This document shows, in pieces, positions 38,731 through 52,358 of a stretch of DNA of 64,000 nt. A program made the position numbers and the translations under genes. Under the pieces are notes generated by a model. That model searched no databases, was not told where the DNA came from, and was given only the letters and a program-made list of their open reading frames with translations. Location of the stretch: positions 70,122,001 through 70,186,000 of the forward strand of contig NC_043002.1 in NCBI RefSeq assembly GCF_006345805.1, given 5' to 3'. Each line of letters opens with the position of its first letter. Position 1 is the first letter of the stretch. This stretch comes from Octopus sinensis (Eukaryota).

Positions 38731-39529
38731 GACGTGATACATATGTATGTGTGTATGTGCTTGCGTTTATATAAGACATATACACCTGAATACACAGTCA
38801 TATTGAGTTTAGAGACCCTGTTTTAATCAATATATTTCTAACGATCAAATGATTACGATCGGAAACCCAATTTTCGCAACACTTTCATCACAAGAATTTG
38901 AAGTTGTCATTTTGGAATATACACGCGATTAATAATTAATCTAGACCTGTAAAACATAATTAATCACTTTACCAGGAGGATTAATCAATTTGGTTGAAAA
39001 CAACGTGATTAATACATCTACTTTCTAAAAACACGTCTGTTCGTTGATGCAGAGCTGTTGCGTTGTGACATTCTAGTATTTCGTTTGCAAGAAGACAGAT
39101 ATACTTTGCTTGATGTCTACAGCAGTAATAAAGCTGTCAACACAGAACGGTTATAATCGGAGAAAGACCATATTAAACATTTCTCATTGTATGTACAGTC
39201 AGAGAGTTTTCTAGGACCATATTAAATATTCCTCACTGTACATATATACAACACTAGATTTTTCTGTCATGCTATTTCAATTATTTCGATTATTTATTTG
39301 TGAATGTTATTAAAACATCAAACGTGACAAGCATAATAGTAACGACAGAAAATTTCCCATTCTTCATCACGGGGTTGTTTTCACTAGTGATTTATCGTAC
39401 GCATTAATAGAATAATTGCCAGTTAGATATTAGTCGACTCTGTGACTTGCCCATTATAAAAATGGACCGGTCTTTACCTAGAAGAAACAATTCATAAAAT
39501 TGTCCGGCGACAGCTACATAAGTGGAGGA

Positions 39530-39830
39530 AAATGGCTTGTTGGTTAGAGCAGCGGGCTCGCAGTCGAGGGATCGTGGCGGGTTTGAATCTCAGACCGTGA
39601 GATGTGTGTGTTTATGAGCGAAATACTTATGCTTCACGCGGCTCGGGCAAAAAGTAATGGCGAACCTCTGCTGACTCTTTCGCCACAACTTTCTCTCACT
39701 CTTTCTTCCGGCATTTAGCAGCTCACTTGCAACGCACCAGCGTCCCGTCCAGGTGAGGAACCTATACGCCAATGAAACTGGAAACCAGCCCTTATGAGCA
39801 ATGCATAGCTCGAGAAGGAGCAAAGAACAA
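39530..39830 (+). mobile_element. SINE, family C/D mosaic
   Basis: tRNA head tggcttgttggttagagc, C-type centre ctttcgccacaactttctctcactc, D-type tail cgtcccgtccagg..gaaactggaaacc. Confidence 0.7.
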
Positions 39831-39924
39831 CACAGCTATATGATAGGTGTTCTCAGTTTATTTTATAGATTTTCTTTACGTTTCCGAGCATAAAATCTTT
39901 CCTATTAGATTATAGTATAAACTG

Positions 39925-40105
39925 GGAGAATCTTTAGCACGTCGGACAAAATTCTTAGCGGCATTTCGTCCGTCTATACGTTCTGAGTTCAAAGTTATGC
40001 CGAGGTCGTCTTTGCCTTTCATCCTTACGATGTCGATAAAATAAGTCCCAGCTTATCGACGTATACCGTACCCCGAAATTGCTGGCCTTGTACCAAAAAT
40101 TTGAA
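39925..40105 (+). mobile_element. SINE family B, decayed
   Basis: ttagcacgtcgg..ttctgagttcaaag..gccgaggtcgtctttgcctttcatcc. Confidence 0.8.
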
Positions 40106-40409
40106 AGCATTTAAACAGCAGTATAAATCATATTTGATAAAGATATGCTCAAGCCTCCTTGAAGAAGTTTTACATGATTGTTACCTATCAGGAGCTTACT
40201 GTTTTCTTATGCCGGTTTTAACGATAAATTTCCCATGGAAATGTGATAGGTGCAAGACTGTCAATTATAGCGCACAGTATCACATTGTGTAGGTACGTGG
40301 CTTAGTGTTTAGGACTTTCTAGAATCCCAAAAGCTGTTTTGCTTTCGATCTTTAAACATTAAGGACGATTAACGACTTACCTAATATGGTATCGAATAAA
40401 ACACTCACT

Positions 40410-40532
40410 AACTCTCTACCTACCTACCTACCTACCTACCTACCTACCTACCTACCTACCTACCAACCTATTTACCTACCTATGCCCACTTACCTATCTA
40501 CCTGCACACATACGTACCTATCTACGTACCGG

Positions 40533-40628
<96 letters not shown>
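40410..40628. repeat. (ACCT)n/(ATCT)n microsatellite
   Basis: Direct reading. Confidence 0.95.
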
Positions 40629-40848
40629 GACATGGACGGACGCTAGTCAAATGGGTTCCACGTAAGTTGGTCATTTTGTACGTTGAAAATTGTTTATTGT
40701 CAAATATTTTGTGTTTAAAAGTTGTGCAACAACATCCACTGCAAACCTTGATTAATATCTACACAAAATTTCGCCCTTTGTGGGCAAAATTAAAACAAAA
40801 GAATTCTCATAGCCTTCGTGGTTTCATTTAGCCATTTTATTTTCAAAA

Positions 40849-41184
40849 ATGGCTACTGGTCACCAGGATTCCCTGTCAGCATACGCTGAACCTGAAAACA
40901 CCACCACCACCACCATCAGCATCGACAACAGCAACAACTACAAAACAAAGGTCGTAAGGCCAAGCACCGTCACCGCCACCAATGATTCCACCATCAACAC
41001 CGACACCACCACCATGGCAGCTTCTGCTACCTCTGCTAACGATACCACTACCATCAACAATAACAATACCAAGATCACCGCCACCAAAGACCGTGTCGTC
41101 AATACCAATGCCACCACTACAATATCTGCTACTACGACTGCCTCCCTTGCTGCTAACACCACCGTCGCCACCAAGAACGACAAT

Positions 41185-41241
<57 letters not shown>

Positions 41242-43128
41242 CCCCTTCAGCCATTGTTCCTTCCACCACCAACAAGTGAAGGAGAGAAAGAAAAAAACGC
41301 GACCACCAAACGAATTGCCGAAATTTGCTCAAACGCAGAGGCAAATTATGCAGACAACTTTCCACCCCTTGCTAGTTGCATAATCAGCAACCATACACCT
41401 AATATACCCACAACCACCACCTCCACCACCACCACCACCACCACCACCACCAACATAAATGATAAAAATGAAAATAATGCAAATACAATTAACAAAAACA
41501 ACAACAACAAGAACAACAACAAAAATGAAATAAATATTTTATCATCTAATAGTGAAGATATTATTATAATAGAATCAACAATACCTGAAAAAGCCACGTC
41601 CAAGAATATTTCGGATACAACAACAACACAAACACACAACGACAACAACTGCCAGAATATAAAAGTAAATTTCGCTGACACTCTGCGTCAGAAAAAAGAA
41701 ATAATAAAATTTACGAATGAAGAGTTAATAGAAACGAGAGCACTCTTTACAACCCAAGGGCAGGATTTAGTATTGCATACACCTCAACACATAAAGGAAC
41801 AAATAGAAAATAAGACAATTATATATAAAATTATAAAAAAAAACCCAAAAAACAAAATGAACAGATTACAAAAACGGATATAGAAAAGTGTTTAAAAAAC
41901 ATAATGAAAAAAAGAATATATAAACTGGGGTCCCCAGTTTAATACAGTGGTGGTCCGCTTCCCTAACGAGGAAGTGGCAAAAGCTCACTCTACGGAGTCT
42001 TTGCAAAATGATGAAATCATCATGATACCATATTACAAAGGCCAAAGAGTGAGCAAAATTAGCATTAAAAATGTACCACCGGAGATACCTAACAAATGGA
42101 TAACAGGAGCGATATGTTACCATTTAAAAACTATAAACATTTTAGAGATTGTCGTATACAAAAACGACAATTGGGGTGGTAAATCAATAGAAGTCAGCAT
42201 CCAGATTGATGGGTCCTCTATCGAGAAACTTCCTGATAAGATTCTCTTAGAGAATGGGCACAGATGCTACAACTGTAGCAGCCCAGAACATTTAATTACA
42301 AAGTGCGTTCTTGGACAGAAAAAACAAGAAAGAACAAATCAGAAAACAAATAAAACACCTTTGTTGCCAACACCAACACCAACACACTCAATTATGGAAC
42401 AATGCCAAGAAAAACAACAAACCAGAAAACAAACCCCAACAACATCACCAAGAAAGGAAACAGCACCAACACAATCACCGTTGACGCCGCAAACAATTCA
42501 ACATACTGAAACAACACCAAAATATAGACCAACGCCAGCACCAAGGACGACAACTAAAAAAACAGAAAACAGTGACGAGAAGACAAATTCTACCCCTAAC
42601 ACCACAACAACACAAACACCGCACAAAACATCAACAATTTCAACAAACATACATATTAACGCAAATGCTTTGCCTTTACCCCTTTCTGATTCGTCGGACT
42701 CGTCGTCCAACGACGAAAGTTCGACGGAATGGCAAATAGCCACAGGGGGTAAAAGGAAAAACCAAAAAAGCCCACCAAACAAGTAAGTAAAGCAGATCCC
42801 CTTAGACAACCAAAAAATCAATGACCCCGCAAAACCACACACACAACTAACAGCAATAGACACAGACAATAAAAAACTAATGGATTACATTGCATCCAAC
42901 ACGAACATCTGCGAAGATGACTTTAAGACAGATAATTATCCGCGCACCACTCCACCGAAACACATAAGAATTCTACACATAACACAAACACAACACCATA
43001 CACTGAAAACCATATTTCCAAATGCGGTAGTGGGGTTTCAAAAATACCTCTCAAAAGAACTATTCAAACACCTCCTCAAAGACACTACAAAAGATGAAGA
43101 AAAAACTGAAACTTTCGAAATGAGTTAG
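40849..43128 (+). pseudogene. Tx1 ORF1 (Thr/Asn-rich N-terminus, CCHC knuckle), one frameshift and one premature stop
   Basis: CYNCSSPEHLITKC; the frame continues past the taa at 42784-42786 to a stop at 43128. Confidence 0.8.
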
Positions 43129-43197
43129 TGACCTTCCCTCTTGCCTCTTGTCTCTTCCAATGTAGTGTGTGAAACACAAATTTCTTAAACGTCAATT

Positions 43198-46100
43198 ATG
43201 CATAAATTAGGTTTTGTGAATGCACGTGGCTTGGCGTCGGCTTGGAAACAAGGTTACCTTCTAAACGACATCAAGTCACAGAACGTGGATATAGTAGCTA
43301 TCAGTGAAACCAGACTCAGCAAGCCGCGGGCCCTCGCGTCCATGTTTGGCGATCAATTCGACATGGGTGGTGGAGGTACCGCAGTGCTTTTTCGAAAGAG
43401 TCTAAATGTAAAAGTAAGAACAATATTCCTAGACCCGGGGGGGGTAGGCTGGTTGTCTTGGACGTGGATGGCAGAAATGGGTGTGCATTCCGTCTGATGG
43501 CAGTTTATGCACCGTCCTTAACGGGTCGGGTGGATTTCTTCAGACGTCTAGAGGTTTTCCTGGGTGCGTCTAGACCTTTACTGTTAGTAGGGGATTGAAA
43601 CGCTACCTTGGACATGCATATAGATTATGTGGGAATGGATAGGAATAGAAGGGGCTGTAAGTGCCTCAAATACGTTTCCATTTGTCTGACAGGTTCCGAC
43701 CCGACCATCCGAAAGTGCCAACGTGGACTTGGACAAACCGCGTCGGATCGTCGAGATCTTATCTAGATAGAATCCTATGCAGGACAGCGGATAGGGATAG
43801 TGTAGGATGTCCACAATTTAAAATAGTCAGCTACACAGATCACAAATTTGTTACGTGTACGCTCGACTTAGATAAAACACATAGGCAGGGTCCCGGTTAC
43901 TGGAAACTGAACACGTCGCTGTTAGCGCGACAGGTTTACAGGAACCGAATTAGCGAGTAATTAAGAGGGCGCTGACGGGAGCCGTCGTTACAACCGCTGG
44001 TGGTACGCCCTGAAAATGGCAATAAAATCGGAATCAATTAGGTTTAGCAAGGAATTAGCGATAGAACGAAATAGAGTAGAGGGAGACTTGGTTAAGAAAC
44101 TAGAAGAGGCACTTACCACTGGCAGCGCAACCAACGTGCTGGCTGCGAGGATGGCCCTCGACCAACACCTCAACGCCAAGCACGAAGGTTGCGTCGTCAG
44201 AGCTAAAATGCGTGCCTTAAGGAACGAAGGGATCGAAGCTGCGCGAGAGGCCCGGGTAGCGGAGGTGCAGCGTGGCAACAGAGCCACCATTCGGTCTCTA
44301 ATAGATCAACAGGGATGCAGTTTAGTCGAACTCGAAAGGATGTGTGAGGCCTTTCAACAGCACTTTGCTCGACTATTTGGTGCGAGTAGTGGGTCGGAAC
44401 GCGGGATGGATTTCAGTGCCTACCTGACCGACCCGCCGCGGCTCTTGGCAAGAGAAGCGGAGTGTTGTGAAAGTCCCATCACAGCCGCTGACGTGCGGGA
44501 TGCGATGGCGGGCTGCGCGAGGGATAAGTCGCCTGGATTGATGGTTTACCCAACGAGCTGTGTTGTCAAATGCCAGACTTGTTTGGCGACCTCTTGGCAT
44601 CAGTCTATTGCAACTGGCAACAAAACGGGAGAATCCCCGGTTTCGTGAGCCGAGGTGCAGTGACGTTGCTGAAGAAAGACCCAAACAAGGGGAATTTTAT
44701 AGATAATTTCAGGCCCATCACTCTGCTCAACGCAGATTTGAAAATTTTGGCCAAAGTAATAGCCGAGAGCTTGGCGCTTGTCATTGGTAAACTGGTCGAC
44801 AGGGCGCAAACATGCGTCGTGCCGGGCAGAACCATACATGACAACCTCCATCTGATGCGCTACATTGTGGACAGAGTAGTTAAGGATCCTGGCATGGGTG
44901 GGACGCTGATCAATTTGGATCAGTCTAAAGCCTTCGATAGGGTCGACCATCGGTACTTGGCGGCCGTCCTCAGGGCGGCTGGCTTCGGTCCTGTCTTCCG
45001 CGGTTGGATCGCTGCCTTGTATAGCGGCATCCGATCGGTGATTCAGGTGAACCGCCACCTGTCGAAACCGTTTGACATCACGCGTTCGGTCCGTCAGGGG
45101 TGTCCCCTGTCGGCGCTTCTGTATGTATTGACTCTCGAGCCGCTACTGCGGAAGCTGGCGACACTGAGGGGCATCCCACGGGAACTGGGTTGCGGGCGGG
45201 CGTGTCGGCATATGCGGACGATGTCACCGTCATAGTGTCGAGCGAAAAACACATCCAGATGATAGGCGAGACACTAACAAAATACGAAACGGTGACGGGA
45301 GCGAAGATTAACCCGGGAAAGTCAGTGGGTTTGCTACTCGGCACCTGGAGATGCAAGCCCATGCCGTCCGACTACGGCTCAGTAGTGGGACGCTGGACGG
45401 ACGGACCGGTTAAATTGCTCGGGGTCTGGTTCAGTCCGAACCTCCAAATGGATAAGAACTGGGACGAGATCACGAGTAGAGTGGTCGCCCTCAGGCAAAC
45501 ATGGGCCGAGAGAAAGCTGTCTCTAAAAGGTCGGGCGGAGGTGGCGAAAGCGTACATCGCATCCGTCATCGATTACCGCCTGACCGTCGTGCCTTGTCCC
45601 GACGCCACCATCACCAAACTGGAACGCATACTCTTCCGCTTCCTGTGGAAGGGTGGCGTTCCAATGGTGAGGAGGTCCATTTGCTGTCAATATCCGTTGA
45701 ATGGAGGACTAGGCATGCCGTGGTTGATGATGCGCAGTCATGCGCTGAGACTGCGACATCTCCGGAACTTCATCGATGACGGTGAACAAGTGTGGGCGCC
45801 GTTTGTGAGGCGCGCCTTCCCGCAGCTCGTCTCACTGACCGAACTGCAAACGTGGATCAGGAAGAGACCGAAACTGGGCGATTGGCACCGCGAGTGTCGC
45901 CAAGCTCTACAGCAGCTCTGCCGACTGGGGTCAAACTTGTGCAACTTACAAACGACTAAAGCGTTCTATAGAAGACTAGTGGAGGGGAGGTCCGACGACA
46001 CACTCGGGGCAAACCTGGGCGTCGACGAGAAATTCCTAACCCGCCTGTTCAGGACGACGTTCGGACCGGGGCCTATGGATAACTTCCAGAAATCCCTGGC

Positions 46101-46599
46101 TTGGCAGTGCTATCGAGACGCACTACCTGTTCGAGAGAAGAGCTACAGGCACGGTTCGAAAACCATCACCGGACCGACCTGCCCGAGATGCGGTCAGAGC
46201 GACGAGACCGTTCTGCACGCACTCGTGCAGTGTCCAGATATTTCAGAGCTGTGGACCTTCGTCGAACAGCTGTTGTCGCGTGTAGGACAGGCCCGCTTAT
46301 CGGCCGAGTCTATCGTGAATATTGTTCCACCACCTTCCTTTAAACGGGAAGGGAAAACGGTTTTCGTTACGCTGATGGCTATGGCGAAAGAATGTGTGTG
46401 GTGGACGCGTTTGAAAGGACTGCAAACAAACACTTTCCTCTCTGGTCAGTCTCTCGTCAACTTTTTCAAGTACCACTTGAAAAGGAGGATGAGAATAGAG
46501 AGGAAGGCTTTGTCGAACGAATGTTTTAATAAAAAGTGGGTAAAAGTGGCAAAAATGGTCAGTATGAAAGACGACACTATTTTAAGCGTAAATCTGTGA
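43198..46599 (+). pseudogene. Tx1 ORF2 (AP endonuclease + RT + C-terminal Cys motif), several frameshifts
   Basis: FVNARGL, IVAISET, YLDRIL, TDHK, GPGYWKLN, FRPITLLNADLK, LDQSKAFDRVDH, QGCPLS, AYADDV, CPRC..ETVLHALVQC. Confidence 0.93.
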
Positions 46600-47019
46600 C
46601 CAAAAGAGACAACGAGAAGTAAGGCGACTTACTCATGTGTTCATTTTCGAACTGTCTGAGGTGACCTTGGTCTTTTTTGTAGGTTTTTCTTTCCAGGGCT
46701 ACACCTAAACTGTGAACTTTATTTATATATATATATATATATTATATTTTTATACACCACACAACCCACAGATCCCTATTGATCGAACCTTTTTTCCTTT
46801 TGTGTGTCCCACCCATCCCACCTCGAAAAGAAAAAAGTCTACATTGTATTTCGTCCATTTTTATTCTGTGTTTAGCCCTGTGTGGCCACAATAAAAAGTT
46901 ATCTATCTATTTATCTATCTATCTATTTGTCTGTCTGTCTGTCTGTCTATTCCTATGCCTGCGCGTGTGTGCATGTGCATACATACATACATACATACAT
47001 ACATACATACATACATACA

Positions 47020-47053
<34 letters not shown>

Positions 47054-47262
47054 GACACATGTATCTATCTATGTATGTATGCCTACATGTATGTATGTAT
47101 ATAGGTATGTATTTATGGATGGCTGGATGGATGTTTGTATGTATTATTATGAATACAACAACGGACTGCTTTTCATAGTTCAACTTGATAGAAGAAGCAT
47201 AAAACTATGAGCGAAGAATGTCGAAATCCCAAACCAGAGCATGTAGTAGTAGTAGTAGTAGT

Positions 47263-47313
<51 letters not shown>

Positions 47314-47915
47314 CAGCAGCAGTAGCAGCGGCAGCATTGGTGTTTGGTGCTTGAAATATTTATTGCAAGAGACAACATAAAACAAACGGACGGATGCGAT
47401 CTAAATGAACAAATAATGTGAGAGAAGGAACAATGGAAGAAAAACGGAAGAATGAAGAATAGGAGAGAGAAAGAGAGAGAGAGAGGGGGAGAGAGAGAAA
47501 GAAAGAAAGACAGACAGGAAAAAAAATGAAATGAGAGAGAGGCTGTGAAGAAGAGCGTGGTGGCAACAGAGGACGAGAGGATAGGAAGGAAGGAAGAAAA
47601 GCTAACAGAAAGAGAATCAAAGAATGAAAACATAAAATGTAAAAGTAAGGAAGAAGGAAAGGATGAAGAATAAAAAAAAGAGAAAACTAAATTATGAAAA
47701 AAGAAGAATATGAAAAACAAACATACATGCATACGCACACAGGCATACGTAGACACACACTTTGATACATACACACTATACACAAACACACGTGTAGATA
47801 CACACATACATACTAAAATTACACATACATTCATATACACACATACATGCACACACGTATATATCTATCTGTCTGCCTGTCTGCCTGTCTGTCAGTCTGT
47901 CTGTCTGTCTATCTG

Positions 47916-47962
<47 letters not shown>

Positions 47963-47999
47963 GTCTGTCGATCTGTATGTGTATATATATCTATATGTG

Positions 48000-48210
48000 T
48001 GTGTGTATTTGTGTGTCTGCGCTTGTTTCCCACCATCGCTTGACAACCGATGTTGGTGCGTTTACGTCCCCGTAACTTTGCGGTTCGGTCAAATAGACCG
48101 ATAGAATCAGTATTAGGCTTACAAAACATAAGTCCCGGGATCGATTTCTTTTGACTAAAGGCGGTGTTACAGCATGGCGGCAATCAAATGAATGGAGCGA
48201 GTGAAAGAAA
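48000..48210 (+). mobile_element. SINE family A, 3' half
   Basis: catcgcttgacaaccgatgttgg...ggcggtgttacagcatgg. Confidence 0.85.
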
Positions 48211-48221
48211 AAAATATATAT

Positions 48222-48857
<636 letters not shown>

Positions 48858-48858
<1 letters not shown>

Positions 48859-48998
48859 TAGGTTGTCCCAAAAGTTCGTAAACACTTGCGAAAATTGAAT
48901 TTTTACTCGCCAAGTACTAACAAAAACAACAAAAATTATTCCTCAAAATAAAGACCATTATTTTCCAAGACTTTCTACAAACTTTTGGGACAACCTTA
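48858..48998. mobile_element. 141-bp mariner-type MITE with TA TSD
   Basis: TIRs ta|ttaggttgtcccaaaagttcgta and tacaaacttttgggacaacctta|ta. Confidence 0.92.
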
Positions 48999-49000
48999 TA

Positions 49001-49320
49001 TATGTATGTATGGATATATGCGTACAGGATGTCACCAACAATAGATAACATGACATACGAAAACAAATGAGCTAAATACGTAAACAACGAGAAAAAAATG
49101 GAAAACAGGACAAGTAACACAAAGAACGACCCTTCATCAGTTGTCGACTGTCTATCTACTCCTCAATTTCGGGCGTCAAATGAAGAGGAGATAGACAGCC
49201 GTCAATTGATGAAGGATCTTCTTTGTGTTATTTGTCCTGTTTTCCATTTTTCTATCGTAGTTTTCGTATTTTATGTTGTTTATTGTTGGAGACGTTCTGT
49301 ACCCATATTTATACATACAT
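49001..49320. mobile_element. Imperfect fold-back element, about 140-160-bp arms
   Basis: ccttcatcagttgtcgactgtctatct / agatagacagccgtcaattgatgaagg, extending to gtacaggatgtcaccaacaata / tattgttggagacgttctgtac. Confidence 0.85.
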
Positions 49321-49423
49321 ACATACATACATACATACATACATACATACATACATACATACATACACACATACATACATACACACATACATACGTACAT
49401 ACATACATACATACATACATACA

Positions 49424-49454
<31 letters not shown>

Positions 49455-49459
<5 letters not shown>

Positions 49460-49632
49460 TATGTATGTTTGTATGTCTGTTTGTCCCCACCACCATCGCT
49501 TGACAACCGATGTTGGTGTGAGCGATAGAATAAGTACTAGGCTTACAAAGAATAAGTCCTGGGGTCGATTTGTTCGTCTAAAGGCAGTGCTCCAGTATGG
49601 CTGCAGTCATATAACTAAAACAAATAAAAGAA
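49455..49632 (+). mobile_element. SINE family A, 3' part
   Basis: catcgcttgacaaccgatgttggtgtg...gtgctccagtatggc. Confidence 0.85.
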
Positions 49633-49641
49633 TCATTTATA

Positions 49642-49804
49642 GGCGCAGGAGTGGCTGTGTGATAAGTAGCTTGCTTACCAACCACATGGTTCCGGGTTCA
49701 GTCCCACTGCGGGGCACCTTGGGCAAGTGTCTCCTACTATAGCCTCGGGCCGACCAAAACCTTGTGAGTGGATTTGGTAGACGGAAACTGAAAGAAGCCC
49801 GTCG

Positions 49805-49835
<31 letters not shown>

Positions 49836-50046
49836 ATATGTTTGTGTGTCTGTGTTTGTCCCCCCAACATCGCCTGACAACAGATGATTCTGAGCTTACG
49901 TCCCCGTAACTTATCGGTTCAGCAAAAGAGAACGATAGAATAAGTACAAGGCTTACAAAGAATAAGTCCTGGGGTCCTGCTTGACTAAAGGTGGTGTCCA
50001 GCATGGCCGCAGTGAAATGACTGAAACAACTAAAAGAATAAAAGAA
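49642..50046 (+). mobile_element. SINE family A, full length (uninterrupted reference for the insertion site)
   Basis: aagtagcttgcttaccaaccacatggttccgggttcagtccc is continuous. Confidence 0.93.
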
Positions 50047-50378
50047 TATATGTTTGTGTATGTATGAATTCGTGTGTTGTTCGTGTTTAACACCGGTGTT
50101 GCTATCTAGTTGCGATCCATTGCATCCAGTTAATTAGTCTTTCGGCCAACTATGTATCTGATTGAAATATATACGGAGGTTAATATAATCAACAAAACAC
50201 TTGAACCGTTGAGCAGAACCAATCACAGGCTGCGTATTCTATCACTGTATTTAACACCATTATTTGGTCCTTGAGCGCCTTTAGCGAAACATATTTGGTT
50301 ACAAGTTGTCGGGTCAGATATCCTAACTGTCTGTGATTAAGCAATTTTAAAAATCATACAGCACATACGCATACACAA

Positions 50379-50555
50379 GGCGGCGAGCTGGAAGAGTCGT
50401 TAGCGCTCCGGGTGAAATGCTTAACTATACTCCGTCGGTCCTGACATTCTGAGTTCAAATTCCGCCGATGTCGACTTTGCCTTTTTATCCTTCGGGGTCA
50501 ATAAAATAAGTACCAGTTGGGAATTGGGGTGGGGGTGGGGGCGATATCATAGACT
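50379..50555 (+). mobile_element. SINE family B
   Basis: ggcggcgagctggaagagtcgttagcg...ttctgagttcaaattccgccg. Confidence 0.85.
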
Positions 50556-50767
50556 TAAGTACTATTGGGTATGAGTGTAAGAACTGCACTCCCCTGACAG
50601 GTCATGTCTAGCCAGTGTGACAGAGCTGGGTCAGCAAATCTGTATGATCTTAAGCTTAAATTCATAACCTGCACAACAGATTGTGGTCGGTGGGGAGAAC
50701 ATACTGAGCTTTCGTCCAGTCCGCAGCATATACACAATATCACACATTTCCACACACAATATTGTAA

Positions 50768-51012
50768 AGCTACTTTCTCGAGCCATGCCTACTCATAAGG
50801 GCCAGTTTCCCGGTGTATATGATGTATATATCCTCCACCTGGACGGGACGCCGGTCCGTCGAAGGGCTACTCATTTTTGCCTTCTGAGTGGACTGGAGCA
50901 ACGTGAAATGAAGTGTTCTGCTCAAGGAGACAATGCATTGTAAGGTCCAGGAATCGAAACCGCAATATTACGATCATGAATCCAACACCGTAAACACTAA
51001 GCCACGCGCCTC
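50768..51012 (-). mobile_element. tRNA/CORE-like SINE, family D
   Basis: Minus strand ggcgcgtggcttagtgttta..gtttcgattcctgg..ccttgagcagaacacttcatttcacgttgctccagtccactcag. Confidence 0.8.
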
Positions 51013-51224
51013 CACAGAAATGCGCACGTATACACAAATTATATGACGAAAATCTCAGGGAATAGTGTAGGAGTTTGGTAACGAGATTACTGTTTTGGGG
51101 TGTGGTCACACTGCAGTATCGTGGAGTTAGGTAAGGTTAGTCGAACAAATCGACCCCAGTAGTCATTTTTAGTCTGACACATATTTCTACCCTTCACTTT
51201 CGCCGAAACACTATATATGTATTT

Positions 51225-51362
51225 CAAATTGACAGAAAAACAAAGACAGGTGTAGGAACAATAAGCAAGTGCATTACTTTGACGCTCGAGAAAAATGGAA
51301 AAGTCTTTTATGTTTCAAACCTACGCTCTTTGACAGAAAGGGCAAAGGAAATAAATAGAAGG
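51225..51362 (-). repeat. Repeat family E (hammerhead-like motif), decayed
   Basis: Minus strand ctttctgtcaaagagcgtaggtttgaaacataaaagac...gagcgtca. Confidence 0.7.
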
Positions 51363-51367
51363 AGAAT

Positions 51368-51612
51368 GTCTTGGCATTGTTTTAGCCTTCAAATGACGCC
51401 ACCCCGCTGGCTAAGCGAGCAGGCCAACAGAAGAAAGAGTGAGAGAAAGTTGTGGCGAAAGAGTACAGCAGGGATCGCCACCACCCCCTGCCGGAGCTTC
51501 GTGGAGCTTTGGGTGTTTTTGTTCAATAAACACTCATAACGCCCGGTCTGGGAATCGAAACCGTGATCCTACGACCACGAGTCCGCTGCCCTTACCACTG
51601 GGTCATTGCGCT
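51368..51612 (-). mobile_element. SINE family C
   Basis: Homologous to 10970-11256. Confidence 0.88.
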
Positions 51613-51614
51613 TC

Positions 51615-51645
<31 letters not shown>

Positions 51646-51806
51646 GTATACATGCATGTATGTATGTATGCATGTATGTATGTATGTGATATGTGTCTGT
51701 ATGTATGAATAAGGATATGCATATATATATATAAACACACACACACACACACACACACACCACACATATATATATATATATATATATATGCATATGTATA
51801 TGTGAA

Positions 51807-52110
51807 GGCGCTTGACTCAGTGGTTAGAGCGTCGAGCTTACGATCGTGAGATTGTGAGTTCGAATCCCGGACCGGGCTGCGTGTTATGTTCTTGAGCAAG
51901 ACACTTTATTTCACGTTGCTTCAATTCACTGAGATGTAGAAATTAGTTGCGACGTCACAGGTGCTTTTCCTTTGGATAACATCGGTGGCGTAGAGAGAGG
52001 AGGCCAGTATGCACGGGCGACTGCTGGTCTTCCATAAACAACCTGGCCCGGACTTGTGCCTGGGAGGGTAACTTTCTAGATGCAGTCCCCTTGTCTTTGT
52101 CGTGACCGAA
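51807..52110 (+). mobile_element. SINE family D
   Basis: A box tgactcagtggttagagc, B box gagttcgaatccc, CORE-like ttcttgagcaagacactttatttcacgttgc. Confidence 0.85.
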
Positions 52111-52147
52111 GGGGGTCTCATATATATATATATATATATATACAAAG

Positions 52148-52215
<68 letters not shown>

Positions 52216-52224
52216 TGTATATAT

Positions 52225-52358
52225 ACTCTTTTACTCTTTTACTTGTTTCAGTCATTTGACTGCGGCCATGCTGGAGCACCGCCTTTAATCGAGCAACTCG
52301 ACCCCGAGACTTATTCTTTTGTAAGCCCAGTACTTATTCTATCGGTCTCTTTTGCCGA
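52225..52358 (-). mobile_element. SINE family A, 3' part
   Basis: gtcatttgactgcggccatgctggagcaccgcc. Confidence 0.88.

Larger units (their letters stand above)
40629..46899 (+). mobile_element. Near-full-length Tx1/L1-clade non-LTR retrotransposon (ORF1 + APE-RT ORF2)
   Basis: Two-ORF layout, AATAAA at 46890 then (ATCT)n; the 5' boundary is inferred from the upstream (ATCT)n run. Confidence 0.9.
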
